In this document: positions 15,421 through 30,494 of the stretch, one piece after another | Position numbering within the stretch: position 1 is the stretch's first letter | Layout of the letters: each line of letters starts with the position of its first letter | Origin: the human T2T-CHM13v2.0 reference genome, Homo sapiens | Length of the DNA stretch: 64,000 nt | Strand: one strand, 5' to 3' | Assembly (NCBI RefSeq): GCF_009914755.1 | Contig: NC_060926.1 | Made by a program: the position numbers and the translations under genes | Notes under the pieces: generated by a model | Told to the model about the DNA's origin: nothing | The model's input: only the letters and a program-made list of their open reading frames with translations | Database searches by the model: none

Positions 15421-16403
15421 TGAGTGATTCTCTGTATCATCTACAGACTCCTAGGGGATCTCAAGAACCTTTCAGGGGATCCCTAAAACCCCTTCAGAGG
15501 GTCCATGAGGTCAAAACAATTTCAACAATATTACCAAGACATTTGCCTTTTCGCTGTGTTGAATTTGCACTGATGGTGCAAAACCAATGAAAGGTAAAAC
15601 TGCCGCTAGTACTTTGCATGAATCATGGCAGTAGCACCAAACTCCACCTGTCACCACTGTGTTCTTCACCACAATACAATAGGGAAAACAAAATCCTGTT
15701 CCATTTAAGAATGTCATAGATGATATAGTAAAAATCATCACTTTCATTAAATCCAGACCCTTGAGTATGGATGTTCTTATCATTCTGTGATGAAATAAGT
15801 AGCACTCATACAGTGTTTCTGCTGCATACTAAAGTATAATGATTGTCTAGAGGAAAAGCACTTGTGTCACTGAGTTGTGTGCTGAATTATCCGCTTTTTT
15901 TCATGGAACACCAGTTACTTGAATGACTGATGAACTCCGGTTATTCAGACCTGGGTATCTTGTAATCCTTTTCTAGAAAAATGATTGATCTCATCAGAAA
16001 AAACAAATAGTATTTGTTACCAATGATGAGATTTGATATTTTAAGCAAAAATTAGAATTTTGGACATTTTTATCCTACCATTAACTTAACAGTATCCCAA
16101 TACTTGAAGGCGTTTCTGATGAAATCAACAGTGATATTAATGCATATGGATTTTGGATATTATACAATAAAATGTGTCAACATTTGAAGATCTGCATCTA
16201 TTTGGTGAACCAAGTTTCCAAATGACCAATGCATAATGTTAAAAATCATACAGAAAAGATCCACTCAAACTGTAAGACAGACCAACCACCACTAATAAGG
16301 TTTCAGATTCCACATTGAAATTAACCTTGATACAAAAAAGACTTACAAAAATGTACAGTACTCTCTTCTTGACATTATTTTGCTTTTTTTCTGGAAAAAG
16401 TAG

Positions 16404-16439
<36 letters not shown>

Positions 16440-16746
16440 GAGATAGAGTCTTGCTCTGTCACCCAGGCTGGAGTGCAGTGGTATGATCTCGGCCCACTGC
16501 AACCTCCGCCTCCCGGGTTCAAGCAATTCTCTGCCTCAGCCTCCCGAGTAGCTGGGACTACAGGTCCATGCCACCAATCCCGGCTAATTTTTGTATTTTT
16601 AGTAGAGACGGGGTTTCACCATGTTAGCCAGGCTGGTCTCGATCTCCTGACCTCAGGTGATCCACTTGCCTTGGCGTTCCAAAGTGCTGGGATTACAGGC
16701 GTGAGCCACTGCACCCGGCCGAGACCAACAAGTTTGAGAACCACTG
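15421..16746. mobile_element. Charlie1-like hAT transposon interrupted by an Alu
   Basis: gggtccatgaggtcaaaac...tttgcactgatggtgcaaaa, terminal aagtttgagaaccactg. Confidence 0.75.
16405..16720 (-). mobile_element. AluS-like element
   Basis: Full dimer with polyT on plus strand. Confidence 0.95.
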
Positions 16747-17147
16747 GTATAGGAGAGTAATCTTGTCCTTGAGCGCCATACTTTAGTATTTGGGGTGAGG
16801 TAGCATGATGTCTGCAGCCTCCTTTCAGATGGTTAGACAAGAGGGAAATGTTTGTATTTATATAAAAAAAGATGGAGCGGATGTGCCAAGGTAAGAATAA
16901 TGGAAGTATTTTTCGTACTGTTCTTTCAACTTTTATACAGGTTTCCAAACAAAATCAAAAGTGTAATCAATATAAATAATATTTGTAAACATTGATATTC
17001 GATATCAGTGTAAAATGCTTTAGAGGCCAAAAGCAAAGTAAAAGCGGAGCCCCAGAAAGGTAAATTAAGGGCGCTTGCTAACTGAAGCACTGAATTTCAC
17101 ATTACAGGGCTTGACAGAGTGTCACGCACAGGAGACATAGTTGAGGG

Positions 17148-17340
17148 CAATGCTTCTTAAACTTCAGCCTGCATAAGATAGCCTGGAGAGTGTATTAACA
17201 CACAGATTCCTGGGCCCTAACCTCAGGTATTCTCATTCAGTAGGTCTGGAGGGGGCGAGGCTGAGAATTTACAGTTCTATTAAACTCCTAGGTGAGGTAA
17301 TGGGATGGTCCCCAGACCACATTTTGAGTAAAACTGACCC
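17148..17340. mobile_element. MER5A-like element
   Basis: cacagattcctgggccc...ttcagtaggtctggag...gaccacattttgag. Confidence 0.72.
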
Positions 17341-17368
17341 AGGGCATCCTTCTATAAAGCTTGGACCA

Positions 17369-18121
17369 TGGTATGCATTAAATTGTTGCTCAAAAAGATA
17401 TGTTGAAGTCCTAAACCCCAATAACTGTGAATGTGATCTTACTTAAAAATAGGGTCTTGGCGGGGCAGAGTGGCTCACTCACGCCTGTACCCCCAGCACT
17501 TGAGGCCAGGAATTCGAGACCAGCCTGGCCAACATGGCAAAACCCCGTCTCTACTAAAAATACAAAAATTAGCTGGGCATGGTGGTGTGCACCTCTGGTT
17601 TCAGCTACTTGGGAGGCTGAGGCATGAGAATCACTTGAACCTAGGAGGCAATGGTTGCAGTGAGCCAAGGTTCTGCCACTGCACTCCAGCCTGGGCGACA
17701 GAGTGAGACTCTGCCAAAGAAGAAAAGAACGAAAAAAAAAGAAGAAAAGAAAAAGAAAAGGGTCTTTGCAGATATAACCAAGCTAAGGTGAGGTCATTAG
17801 GTTAGGGTGGCCCCTAATCCAATATGACTAGTGTCCTTATAAAAGAGGAAAAAAGACAGACACAGGAGAACAGCATGTGACAATGGAGGCAGAGATTAAA
17901 GTGACGCATTTACAAGCCAAAGAAGGGCGAGGCTTGCTGACAACCTCCAGAAGATAAGAGAAAGGCAGGGAACAGATTCTTCTCTACAGCTTTCAGAGAA
18001 AGCATAGTACACCCTGATTTCAGACTTCTAGTCTGCAGAACTGTGAGAGAATAAATTTTTGTCAGTTTAAGCCACTCAGTTTGTGGCACTGTGTGCCAGC
18101 AGCACTAGGAAACTAATTCAG
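17369..18121 (+). mobile_element. MaLR LTR (MLT1B/C-like) interrupted by Alu (17459-17758, +)
   Basis: LTR continues across the Alu, TSD aaa(t)agggtctt. Confidence 0.85.
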
Positions 18122-18842
18122 ACCCCAAAGCACTACAACATCAGTAAAAGGGTGAAGAGAGAGAAGCCTGCTGCAATCACTAAAGGTTAAAGTAAAAACA
18201 CCCATTCTCTAGTCATAGCAGCAGGTGAAGAGGAAACCGTATTTCCCCTGAAAACTTGTAACCACTAACCTCATCCTCACATAAGTTTGCAGCCCAAATT
18301 TACACTACCAACGTGGTCAAAATTTTAAAATCTCAAGAAATTACTTTTCAGTAGTCCAATATTGGTAGTGTCCCTAGACACCTAACCGAAGCAAATGCAA
18401 ATCTTCCCTGGAGGAATTCACCTTTGACCCAGGCCTAAAGAACTCCTACAGATGAAATTCCAAGGAATACAAGCTCACAGTGAAAGAAAAGAAAAAATTA
18501 CAAGACACATAACGCACCTTGATTGGGAGCCACCAGAAAAAAAGAGATCTAAATTGCCCCTGAAAAATAGTTTAGATGCTAGAATTATCAGACTCCGAAC
18601 ATAACATAAATATGTTTAATATGTTTAAAGGAATAAAAAGGAATTTAAAATATGTAGAAGGAACAGACATCATAAAATATGGCCAGTTTTGAAACAGAAC
18701 TAAATAGAATTTCTAGAATCTAATAATTAAAAAATTGTAAATCAACGGATATGTTTAGCAGCTGATTAGACATGGCTGAGGAGACAGATGTGCACACAAT
18801 TATTCATAATGCAGCAGTGACAGAAAAATAAATCAGAAATAA

Positions 18843-19142
<300 letters not shown>

Positions 19143-20211
19143 AAAATGAAGAGACTTGAAAGACAGAGTAGGAACATCTAACACATGTCTAATGAGAGTG
19201 CTAGAAGAAGAGGGGAGAAGGAATAGGGTGCAGAAGCAATATTGTTAACTAAATAAATTTGAAAAATTACAGAAATGAATTAAGTCCTAAAATAATATTG
19301 ATCTGAAAAGATCAAATAAACCTATAACTATTAAATACATTGAATCAGTAGTTTAAAATCTTCCTGTTGAAAAAGCCCCTGGCTCTGAGCAGTTTACTGG
19401 CAAATTCTACTAACCATTTAAGAAAGACATCCAATATTACACACACTATCTCAGAGTACAGAAAAAGATGAGACACCCCCAGCTTAGTTTATGAGGCTAG
19501 CACAATCTTGATACCAAAACCATACAAAAATAACATAGCCAATACCACTCACAAACATAGCTTAAAAAAAATCCTAAATATTAGCAAATCGCCTCCAGGA
19601 TCATTTTAACTAGAAAAAAGAAAAAACAACTTCATGACCAAATTGGGTTTATCCAGGAAGGCAAGTTTGGTTTAATGGTAAAATTAATTAATGCAATTTA
19701 CCACTTAGACTAAAGACCAAAAAGAAATCACATTGTCTCAATGAAAGTGTTAGATAAAATATAATATCATTCATTATGAAAACTCTTAGCAAACTATCAC
19801 TTGAGAGTGACAAAATATATTTCTGAAAACCCTACAGCAAGCATGATACTTTATGGGAAAATGTTGAAGCATCCCTTTTTAAGTCAGGAACAAGACAAGA
19901 GTGTCTGCCTCACCAATTTTAGTCATCATGCACTGGGAATCCTAACCAGGGTAAAATGGGGAAATAAAAAAGAATAATGACCAGAAAGGCACAACGCCAC
20001 ACTGTTCTCAAATGACATGACTATTTATCTGGAAAACCAAAAAGAATCTACAGGTAAGCAAGGTTGTATTCTTCCAACAGTTGGAAGATGAAATTTTATT
20101 AAGATACTAAATACACTGGCATCAACAAATATCAAATACCTGGGAATAAATCTAACAAATGATGTGTATGACATTTATAGCAAAATTATAAAATTTTATT
20201 GAAAGTCATTA

Positions 20212-21244
<1,033 letters not shown>

Positions 21245-21387
21245 AAGAACATCAATATTCTATTGTTTCGTACATTAAATGCTAGTCCAATAAAAATGAC
21301 AACAGATTTGTGTGTTTGTGTATGTGCTGTAACACATAACTCTAAGCTAATTCTAAACATGTATTATGGGAGAAGAAAGCACTAAGG

Positions 21388-21725
21388 CAGGGCCCCCAAC
21401 CCCTGGGCTGCAGACAAGGACGGAGACTGGTCTGTGGTCTGTTAGGAACCTGGCTGCACAGCAGGAGGTGAGCAGCAGCATTACCACCTGAACTCCGCCT
21501 CCTGTCAGATCAGCAGCGGCATTAGATTCTCATGGGAGCACGAATCCTATTGTGAATTGCGCATGTGAGAGACTTAGGTTGCACAGCTCCTTATGAGAAT
21601 TTAACGAATGCCTGATGATCTGAGGTGGAACAGTTTCATCCTAAAACTGCCCCCCAACCCCCATCCATGGAAAAACTGTCTTCTATGAAACTAGTCCTTG
21701 GTGCCAAAAAGGCTGGGGACCACTG
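21388..21725. mobile_element. MER1B hAT-Charlie element
   Basis: CAG...CTG ends, perfect 8-bp TSD cactaagg (21380-21387, 21726-21733). Confidence 0.92.
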
Positions 21726-23123
21726 CACTAAGGCACTCTTTAAGGAGAACAAGGTGGGGAACTTGCCACGCCAGACATCAAGACTTTTCATAAAGTTCTG
21801 GTACTAACACAGCGTGGCACTGTGGCAGGCAGACGAACTATTCAATGGTACAGAATGAAGGGCCCAGAAACAGGCCTGCACATTATAGAAACTCACTTTA
21901 TGACAGGGCAGGGCACTGCAGGTCTGAAGAGAAAGCATAAACTTTTGAATAAATAGAGCCAGGAAAACTGGCTTTTCATGTGAAGAAAAAAGAAAAAAAG
22001 AAAAAAAATTAGACTGCTGCTTCACATCATATATAAAAATCAACTCAAGGTAGAGTAAGAAATTAAATGTGAACAGAAAAACTAGAAAACTGCTAGGAGC
22101 AATATGGAAGAATAATTTCACAATTTTATTTTCCTAGGACACAAAAAGCAAAAACTATAAACGAAAAAAAAAATGCTGTCTATTGCATTAATATTAAGAA
22201 CTTCTGATTATCAATGTAGACTATAAAAAATGATAAAATAAATCACAGACTGGGAGAAGACATTTGTAACACATAAATGACAGAAGTTTAGCATCCAGAA
22301 GAGTTAAAGAACTCCTACAAATCAATAAGATAAGGACAAGAGAAAAACTGGCAAGACTTGAGCAGGCGCTTCACAGAAGAGAGAACATGAATGGCCAATA
22401 AACATATGAAAAGATGCTCAGTCTCATGAGTGTTCAGAAAATGCAAATTAAATCCATAAAGAGATTACACTTGGTACCCATCAGAATGGCAAAAATTCTA
22501 AGTGTGAGAGTATCAAGTGATGGTAAAGACACTGTGCAAATGGAATCGCACCCACTGCTGAAAGAAAACGGGTTTGGAGAACAGTTTATGAAGAACAAAT
22601 GGTGGAGCACTTGCCAAGCCGGACATCAAGAATTTTCATCACGCCACGTAATTACAACAGTGTGGTGTTGGTGCAGGGTCAGTCAAAGTGATCAATGACA
22701 CAGGATAAAAAGCCCCAGGATAGGCCCCCTTTTCTATGGAAACTTAATTTATGTTATCAAGTAGAAGATGCAACTGTCCTCTGCCTCAGCCAGACTAACC
22801 CTAACAAAACCTGTGCAAAGGTATACCAGGAAACACACAAGAATGCTCACTGCAGCGCTCTTTCTGAGAGAGTGCAAAAGAAAAATCTAGAACAACCTAA
22901 ACATTCATCAACAGTTTGCTTGATAAGTACATTATGGTATATTCATACAATAAAGGTAGTGTTCTAGTTCTTAAACTGGCGATGAGTAAATGAGGGTTCA
23001 CTGTACTATTATCCATTATCCCCTCACCACCATTTCTTTATAAATAGTCTTTTCTATTGCCTCATTAATTACTTTTTGCAAATCAAGGAGAGCCCAAAAA
23101 CGGAGACAAAATAAGATGTTAGA

Positions 23124-23285
23124 AGCCAGGTGCAGTGGCTCACACCTATAATCCCAGCAACTTGGGAGGCTGAGGTAAGAGGATTGCTGGAAGACAGGAA
23201 TTCAAGGCTGAAGTGAGCTGTGATCTCACCACTGTACTCCAATCTGGGCAATAGAGTGAGATCCTGTCTTTTAAAAAAAATTTTA
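23124..23285 (+). mobile_element. Alu monomer (FRAM/FAM-like)
   Basis: Single arm with tail, TSD aagaYgttaga. Confidence 0.8.
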
Positions 23286-23400
23286 AAAAAGATAAAGACG
23301 TTAGAACATCAAAGTGTTCCCTTGTGTGTTTCCCCTTTCTTTAGGTTGTTCTTAGATGAACTCCCCTCAGCCTGGAGGCAGTAAGGCCTGTGATCTTGGG

Positions 23401-23887
23401 TGTGGTCAGCTGAGTAATGGCCTGCAAAGATATCCAGGTCCTAATTCCTAAAACCCGTGAATGTTACCTTATAAGGTAAAAGGGACTTTGCAGGTAGAAT
23501 TAAATTAAGGATTTTGAGATGGGGAGATTATCCTGGATTATTCAAGTGGGCCCTATTTGATTTGTGATTAAATGTGATTAAATGTAATCACAAGTGTCCT
23601 AAGAGGAAGATGTAAGGGCAGAACAGAAGACAGTGTGATCACAGAAGCAGAGACTACAGTAATGCAGCCACGAGGAATGCCGGCAGCCACCAGAAGCTGG
23701 AAGAAGCAAGGAATGGAGTGTCCCCTGGAACTTCCACAAGGAACCAGCCTTGCCAACATCTTGATTTTAGCCCCAAAAGAGTCATTTCAGACTTCTGACT
23801 TCCAGAACTGCAAGAGAAGAAACCTCTGTTGTTTTAAACCACTAAATTCATGGTTACCTGTTACAGCAGCAATCATAGACTAAAACA
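23401..23887 (+). mobile_element. MaLR LTR (MLT1D-like)
   Basis: gtgaatgttacctta...aagggactttgcag...gttacagcagcaat. Confidence 0.85.
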
Positions 23888-24453
23888 GTGGGAAAGGATG
23901 CTTGACTTCACCCACCTCTTCGTCTCAGATTGTTTCCCACTTAGCACACCCTGTCCTCTGCCTTCTCTTCTCTCCAACATTGGATGCTACAGTGTCCCCC
24001 CGGTAGGAAGACAAAGCAGTGGTTTAATTCCTTCATATGTGAGATGTACCACTTCCCCTGCTGAAAGGACTTATCCCTACAATTTCCAACCAAAGCCAGA
24101 CAAGTCATTCACACACACCCACAAAATATCCACCCAATGGAAACAGCACTGGGCAGGCAGAGGGACACTTGAATTCAAGTCCCAGTTTCCCAGTGACTGG
24201 TTATGTGACCTCATAAACTTCTCAAAGATGGAATCAGAACTTATTCATCTTTATATCCCTGGTGGCTGGCATGCATCAAATGGTCAAAAAAATGAGCAGT
24301 ACATCAATGAATAAATTGACCAAGCTATGAATCAATCAATCAGTCTTGAGCAAGGACAGAAGTCCAATCACTGAAAAAGGAAATATTTTTAGTGGTTCTT
24401 CTCTCTCTCTTCCTTAACCAGTATAAGGAAAAAGATTAAAATCATAAAGTTTT

Positions 24454-24785
<332 letters not shown>

Positions 24786-25591
24786 TTAGGGTTGGAAGCC
24801 AGGAGCTCCCTGCCTCACAAGGCAGCCCAGTGCTGTCAGTGCCAACTACTGGAAACCTTTTCCTTCCAGCAAGCCAAAGATTTATCTTCTAGCCACCCAC
24901 AGGTTCTAGTCCAATTCTCTACCCATATAAAACAAGCTTACTCTCTTTCCCACATTAAAACATTTTCAGAACATGGACACCTGGCCTTAACTCTTGGCCT
25001 AGCCAATCGGGCTAGTGATTTTGACAGATCACCTATCTCTGTGGGTCCCCATCTTCCTTGTCTGTCGAACAAGGGCATGACATCACCAAGACTCCTTCTA
25101 GCTCTAAGATGCAGTGTGAAAAACACTACCTTCTTGGCATTCAATCCTTCACTGTTTTAACCTAGTCATTGGATTTTTAATGTCAACACTTTATTTTTTA
25201 CTTCCAGAAGTGCTTCTTTTCCACATGGGCTTATTTCCCTCCCCCAGGATATGCTGTTTTCTTATATTTTCACTTCTTTGCTTTATTTGTTTTTTCATTT
25301 TAAAAAAGACTTATTCTAAGGTCTCTAACTGGTAGCTCTATTATAGAAATAATATATATTATTAATATATGTATGTGCAAAGGGTGCTGGATGGGACAAG
25401 CTTGCCACCTTCTAAGAATAGTGAGGAGGCTGCAGCTGAGTGAGAGAGGGGAGGCCACTGCAAGGTAAGGTCAGAGCGTGGGCAGGAGCCAGACCTTGGT
25501 GAGTGTTGTTGACAATGGTAAGGACTTTGAGTTTTACTCTTAGTGAGATGGAGCAGTTTTTAAACAGCAGGGGAAAGATGGTCTATCTTAC

Positions 25592-25889
25592 TTTTTTTTT
25601 TTTTTTTGGAGATGGGGCCTCGCTCTGCCGCCCAGGCTGGAGTACAGTGGCGTGATCTCGGCTCACTGCAAGCTCTGCCTCCCAGGTTCACGCCATTCTC
25701 CTGCCTCAGCCTCCTGAGTAGCTGGGACTACAGGCACCCGCCTCCACATCCGGCTAATTTTTTGTATTTTTAGTGCAGACGGGATTTCACCGTGTTAGCC
25801 AGGATGGTCTGGATCTCCTGATCTCATGATCTGCCCGCCTCGGCCTCCCAAAGTGCTGGGATTACAGGCATGAGCCACCGTGCCTGGCC
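25592..25889 (-). mobile_element. AluY-like element within an L2 remnant
   Basis: Y-type diagnostics (gcaagctc, gccattctc, gttagccaggatgg), TSD ctatcttac. Confidence 0.92.
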
Positions 25890-26371
25890 CTATCTTACAT
25901 TTTAATGAGATCACCGGAGGGACAGGAATAGAAGCAGAGAAAACAGTCAGGAGGGTTTTCAATGGTCCAGGAGAGCAACAGTATTTGGTTGGAGCAGGGT
26001 GGCAGTGGTGGAGGTGGGAGTCATGGGTAGACAGGCGAGTATTTTGAAGGCAGAGCTAGGAGAACTTGCTGAGAGCCTGGATTCCACAACACGCAGCCTG
26101 AAGTGTGCACAGATCCTGCTGGATCCTGCAACTCCCTCAGGAGGGGCACGTGTGGACTCGTGGTTCTCAGCTTCAGGTGCTCATGAGAAAAAGTCCTTGC
26201 ATGTTCTTGGAAATCCAACGTGAATCTCCAGCATCAGCTGGCCAGGCTCACTAGCCTCTTTCTCAAGGTGGGTTGTATTCCCTCTCCTCTGAGCAGCGTG
26301 ACCCACTCAGCCCAATATTCTGTCTCACAGGCATAGCTTTGGCAGTCTAAGCCCTAGTTGTGACAAGACTA

Positions 26372-27430
<1,059 letters not shown>

Positions 27431-28436
27431 AAAGGTTCTTGGCTGGGCACTGGGTTGACAGAGTCTAGATATGCTATTTAGAACTCATCATAAAAACTTG
27501 GGGTCAGAACCTCTCAGAACCAGAAAGCATGAATGACAGTCTAGCACAAATGGTGGCTTGCAATTGAATCCCAGGTCCAAGGTCCACAGACAATAATGAA
27601 AACCTCAGGCAAGTCCATCTCTTTTCAATTCACAGGGGACATGATGGCACCCTGTCTCCTGACTCAGCCCTTCTCAGGCTTTATGGGGATCTTGTTAAAA
27701 TGCAGATTCACCAGGCCTGGGACTCTGCATTCCTAACTATTCCAGTAATGCCAATGCTGCTGGTGCACAGACCACACTCTGAGGAGTGAGGTCCTGACTC
27801 ATTCACCACCCAACACGCACTCGCTGGGCACCTACTGCATATGAGAAACTATAAGGGAGACGAAGCAGATGTGGTCTGTAAGGGGATATCAACGCACAGA
27901 CCACTATAGCACCAGGAACAAAGTGACAATGCCACTCTGGAGACCCAGAGGACAGAAATCTTTCTTGGTTAGGGGACCTAGGAGAGGCTTCATGGAGAAA
28001 GGTAGAGACATGTATGGAGAGTGTAGTGAAAGCCAGAGGGCACCTTCCAAGGCTTTAGCTATGGAATGGCATCGGTTCTTTGTAATTGCTAATTTCTCCT
28101 CAGACTTAAGACCTCCTTTCTTGACTCACGAACAGAATAAAGGGACTAAAAGGGAAGTGAGAAAGATATTTCTAGTGTAGAGATTGAAGGAGTATGTCAG
28201 GATTCTCCCAGTTGCACAATACCATATTATGCCAAGGACATTTCTAGGTTTGCAAAGCTGGTTAGGAGTCATTCATTCAACATATATGCTGGTCATTAGG
28301 GCTGTTCTTTAGTGAGGAGTGTAACCACTTGAATTCAGGTTTGGCCAATGACATGTGAGCAGAAATGGCATGTTATCATCTCCAGGTGCAGGTACTTATG
28401 AGCTAGTATGTGACTCTCCCTACCACAGTGAATCCT

Positions 28437-28437
<1 letters not shown>

Positions 28438-28480
<43 letters not shown>
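28438..28480. repeat. (TG)~21 microsatellite in place of an Alu tail
   Basis: Read directly; lies inside the TSD gaatcctg. Confidence 0.95.
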
Positions 28481-28483
<3 letters not shown>

Positions 28484-28763
28484 AGACAGGGTCTCACTCT
28501 GTTGCTCAGGCTCAGTGCAGTGGCATGATCTCGGCTCACTGCAACCTCCAGCTCCCAGGCTCAAGTGATCCTCCCACCTCATCCTCCAAGTAGCTGGGAC
28601 CACAGGTGCACACCACCATGCCCAGCTAATTTTTGTATTTTTTTTGTAGAGATGGGGTTTTGCCATGTTGCCCAGGCTGGTCTCAAATTCCTGGGCTCAA
28701 GTGATCTGTCCACCTCTGCCTCCCAAAGTGCTGGGATTACACGGTCAGCCACCGTGCCCAGCC
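28481..28763 (-). mobile_element. AluJ/S-like element inserted in an MLT1 LTR (~28320-28955)
   Basis: Alu dimer with MLT1 motifs on both sides. Confidence 0.9.
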
Positions 28764-30453
28764 AGAATCCTGATGTCTTATAACGATAAGACAAAGGAAA
28801 TCCAGTCAGCCTGGGACTCTCAGTGAATGCGATGAGCAGAGTACCCCTGCCAACCCACAGTAACAGGCAGCAGAAAGCAAGAAATAAACCTTTGTTTTCT
28901 TGAGCCACTGGGATTTGGGAGTTGTTCCTGCAGCATACCCCAGTCCATCCGAACAACAAATATTTAATGGATTATAAGCAGCATTTAAAGTTTTCATTCT
29001 AGGATATCGGACAGTTCATGGCATCAAAAAAGCAGCTGCAGGAACTGGGGCCCGAGCAACCAGAACCAAGATTCTCTTGTGCCAGCCTCTTTCTCTCACC
29101 CAAGTCTCATCTCCATTTATTTTTGCTTTGTTGTATTCTTCACTTTTACTTATGGACTTTCTCCACGTATGCCAGGGGCTTTAGATGCCTCAGCCCTAAC
29201 TTCATATCTTCCCAACTCTGGAACCCATAGGCAAGGCTATTCTCCCTCAGCTCCAAATCAAGAAACCCTGGGGAAGGATCTCAGTTTGGGTCACCTGCCC
29301 ACCTCTGGACCAATGTCTGTGCCCAGGGAAATGCATATCTAGGCCTGGGTCACATGCTGACTTCTGTGGCTGAGTGAAGGGAGGCAGGATGCAGCATGCT
29401 ACCAGAAGGGAATGGAAAACTAGTTTTGCAGCCCAAAGTACTATCCAGAGTCCCCTACAAAGAGGGGGAAAGGATATACACACCTAAGTATGCAGGAGAA
29501 TGCCTAAGGCAGACTTTGAGCTGTGATCAGTGAAAGGAAAAAAAAAAGGTGGGGGGGCGGGGAATGTAGTATAGATACGCAGGATAGTCCTAAGAGGAAA
29601 GAGAAGCAGGGCAAGACAGCCTCTAGGCTGGACAGCTACCTAGAGTGGGAACAGGAGGCACCTTTGTCCTAGAACTGCCAGGTGACTGACAAGGCCACGG
29701 GGAGAGGGAGAGATAGGATGTCAGGAGGAGATGTTAACTCAAATAACAGATGCTCTCTGTTTACTAATCTAGTAAATCTGACAATGGGGCAGACCTTTTC
29801 TGATCAGGAATGAGCTAAGTGTGGAAGAGCAAATACTGAACCAACCCATGTGCCCCATTGCCATCTTCCCTGCATAAAGCACTCTTGGGACTCCTTCCCC
29901 ACTGAGCCTAACTCAGCTTCTTGCTCCTCAAGACAGTGTCCTAGGCAGCCTCACTTGCCATCCTGGTCTGGGTACCCACGCATGCTTGAAGGCCTATACC
30001 AAATTACCTTTCAAGATTCCTTCTGAAATCCCTACTGTGTGCCCAATAGTTGGTCCTTGATCTATATTTCCTTTTTCCCTGTATTCCCAGGGAAGCCCCA
30101 GTGTGACTTAAAAATCCCAAAGTGAAAATAATGTGCTTCTGTATAAAGACAGATGAGATCTGAAAATTCAGAATAAATACTCTGAATATAATGATCCAAC
30201 TTCCAGTTCCTCAAGAATCCCAATTCCCTTCCCAAGGCCCAGAATCGAGAGGAGAACATCCTTAGTGCCCAAGTGCACCCCCCTCTCCTTACTTCTTTTC
30301 GGGGGTTGGAAAAACTCCCCCAGACTAAGAATTCTGGTAACCAGCTGGGCATGTGTGTGGCTCATCCCTGGCAGTGAAATTCTAAAGGTGCCACGTGCTA
30401 TGGCTGCTGCACTGCCATATCTCTCCTTTCCCTAGCCTCCCTAACTTTCCTGG

Positions 30454-30455
<2 letters not shown>

Positions 30456-30491
<36 letters not shown>
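30456..30491. repeat. (AC)18 microsatellite
   Basis: read directly. Confidence 0.95.

Positions 30492-30494
<3 letters not shown>

Noticed and set aside
23563-23593. tgtgattaaa x2 micro-duplication in MLT1D
   Set aside because: 10-bp slippage inside a fossil LTR with no functional indication
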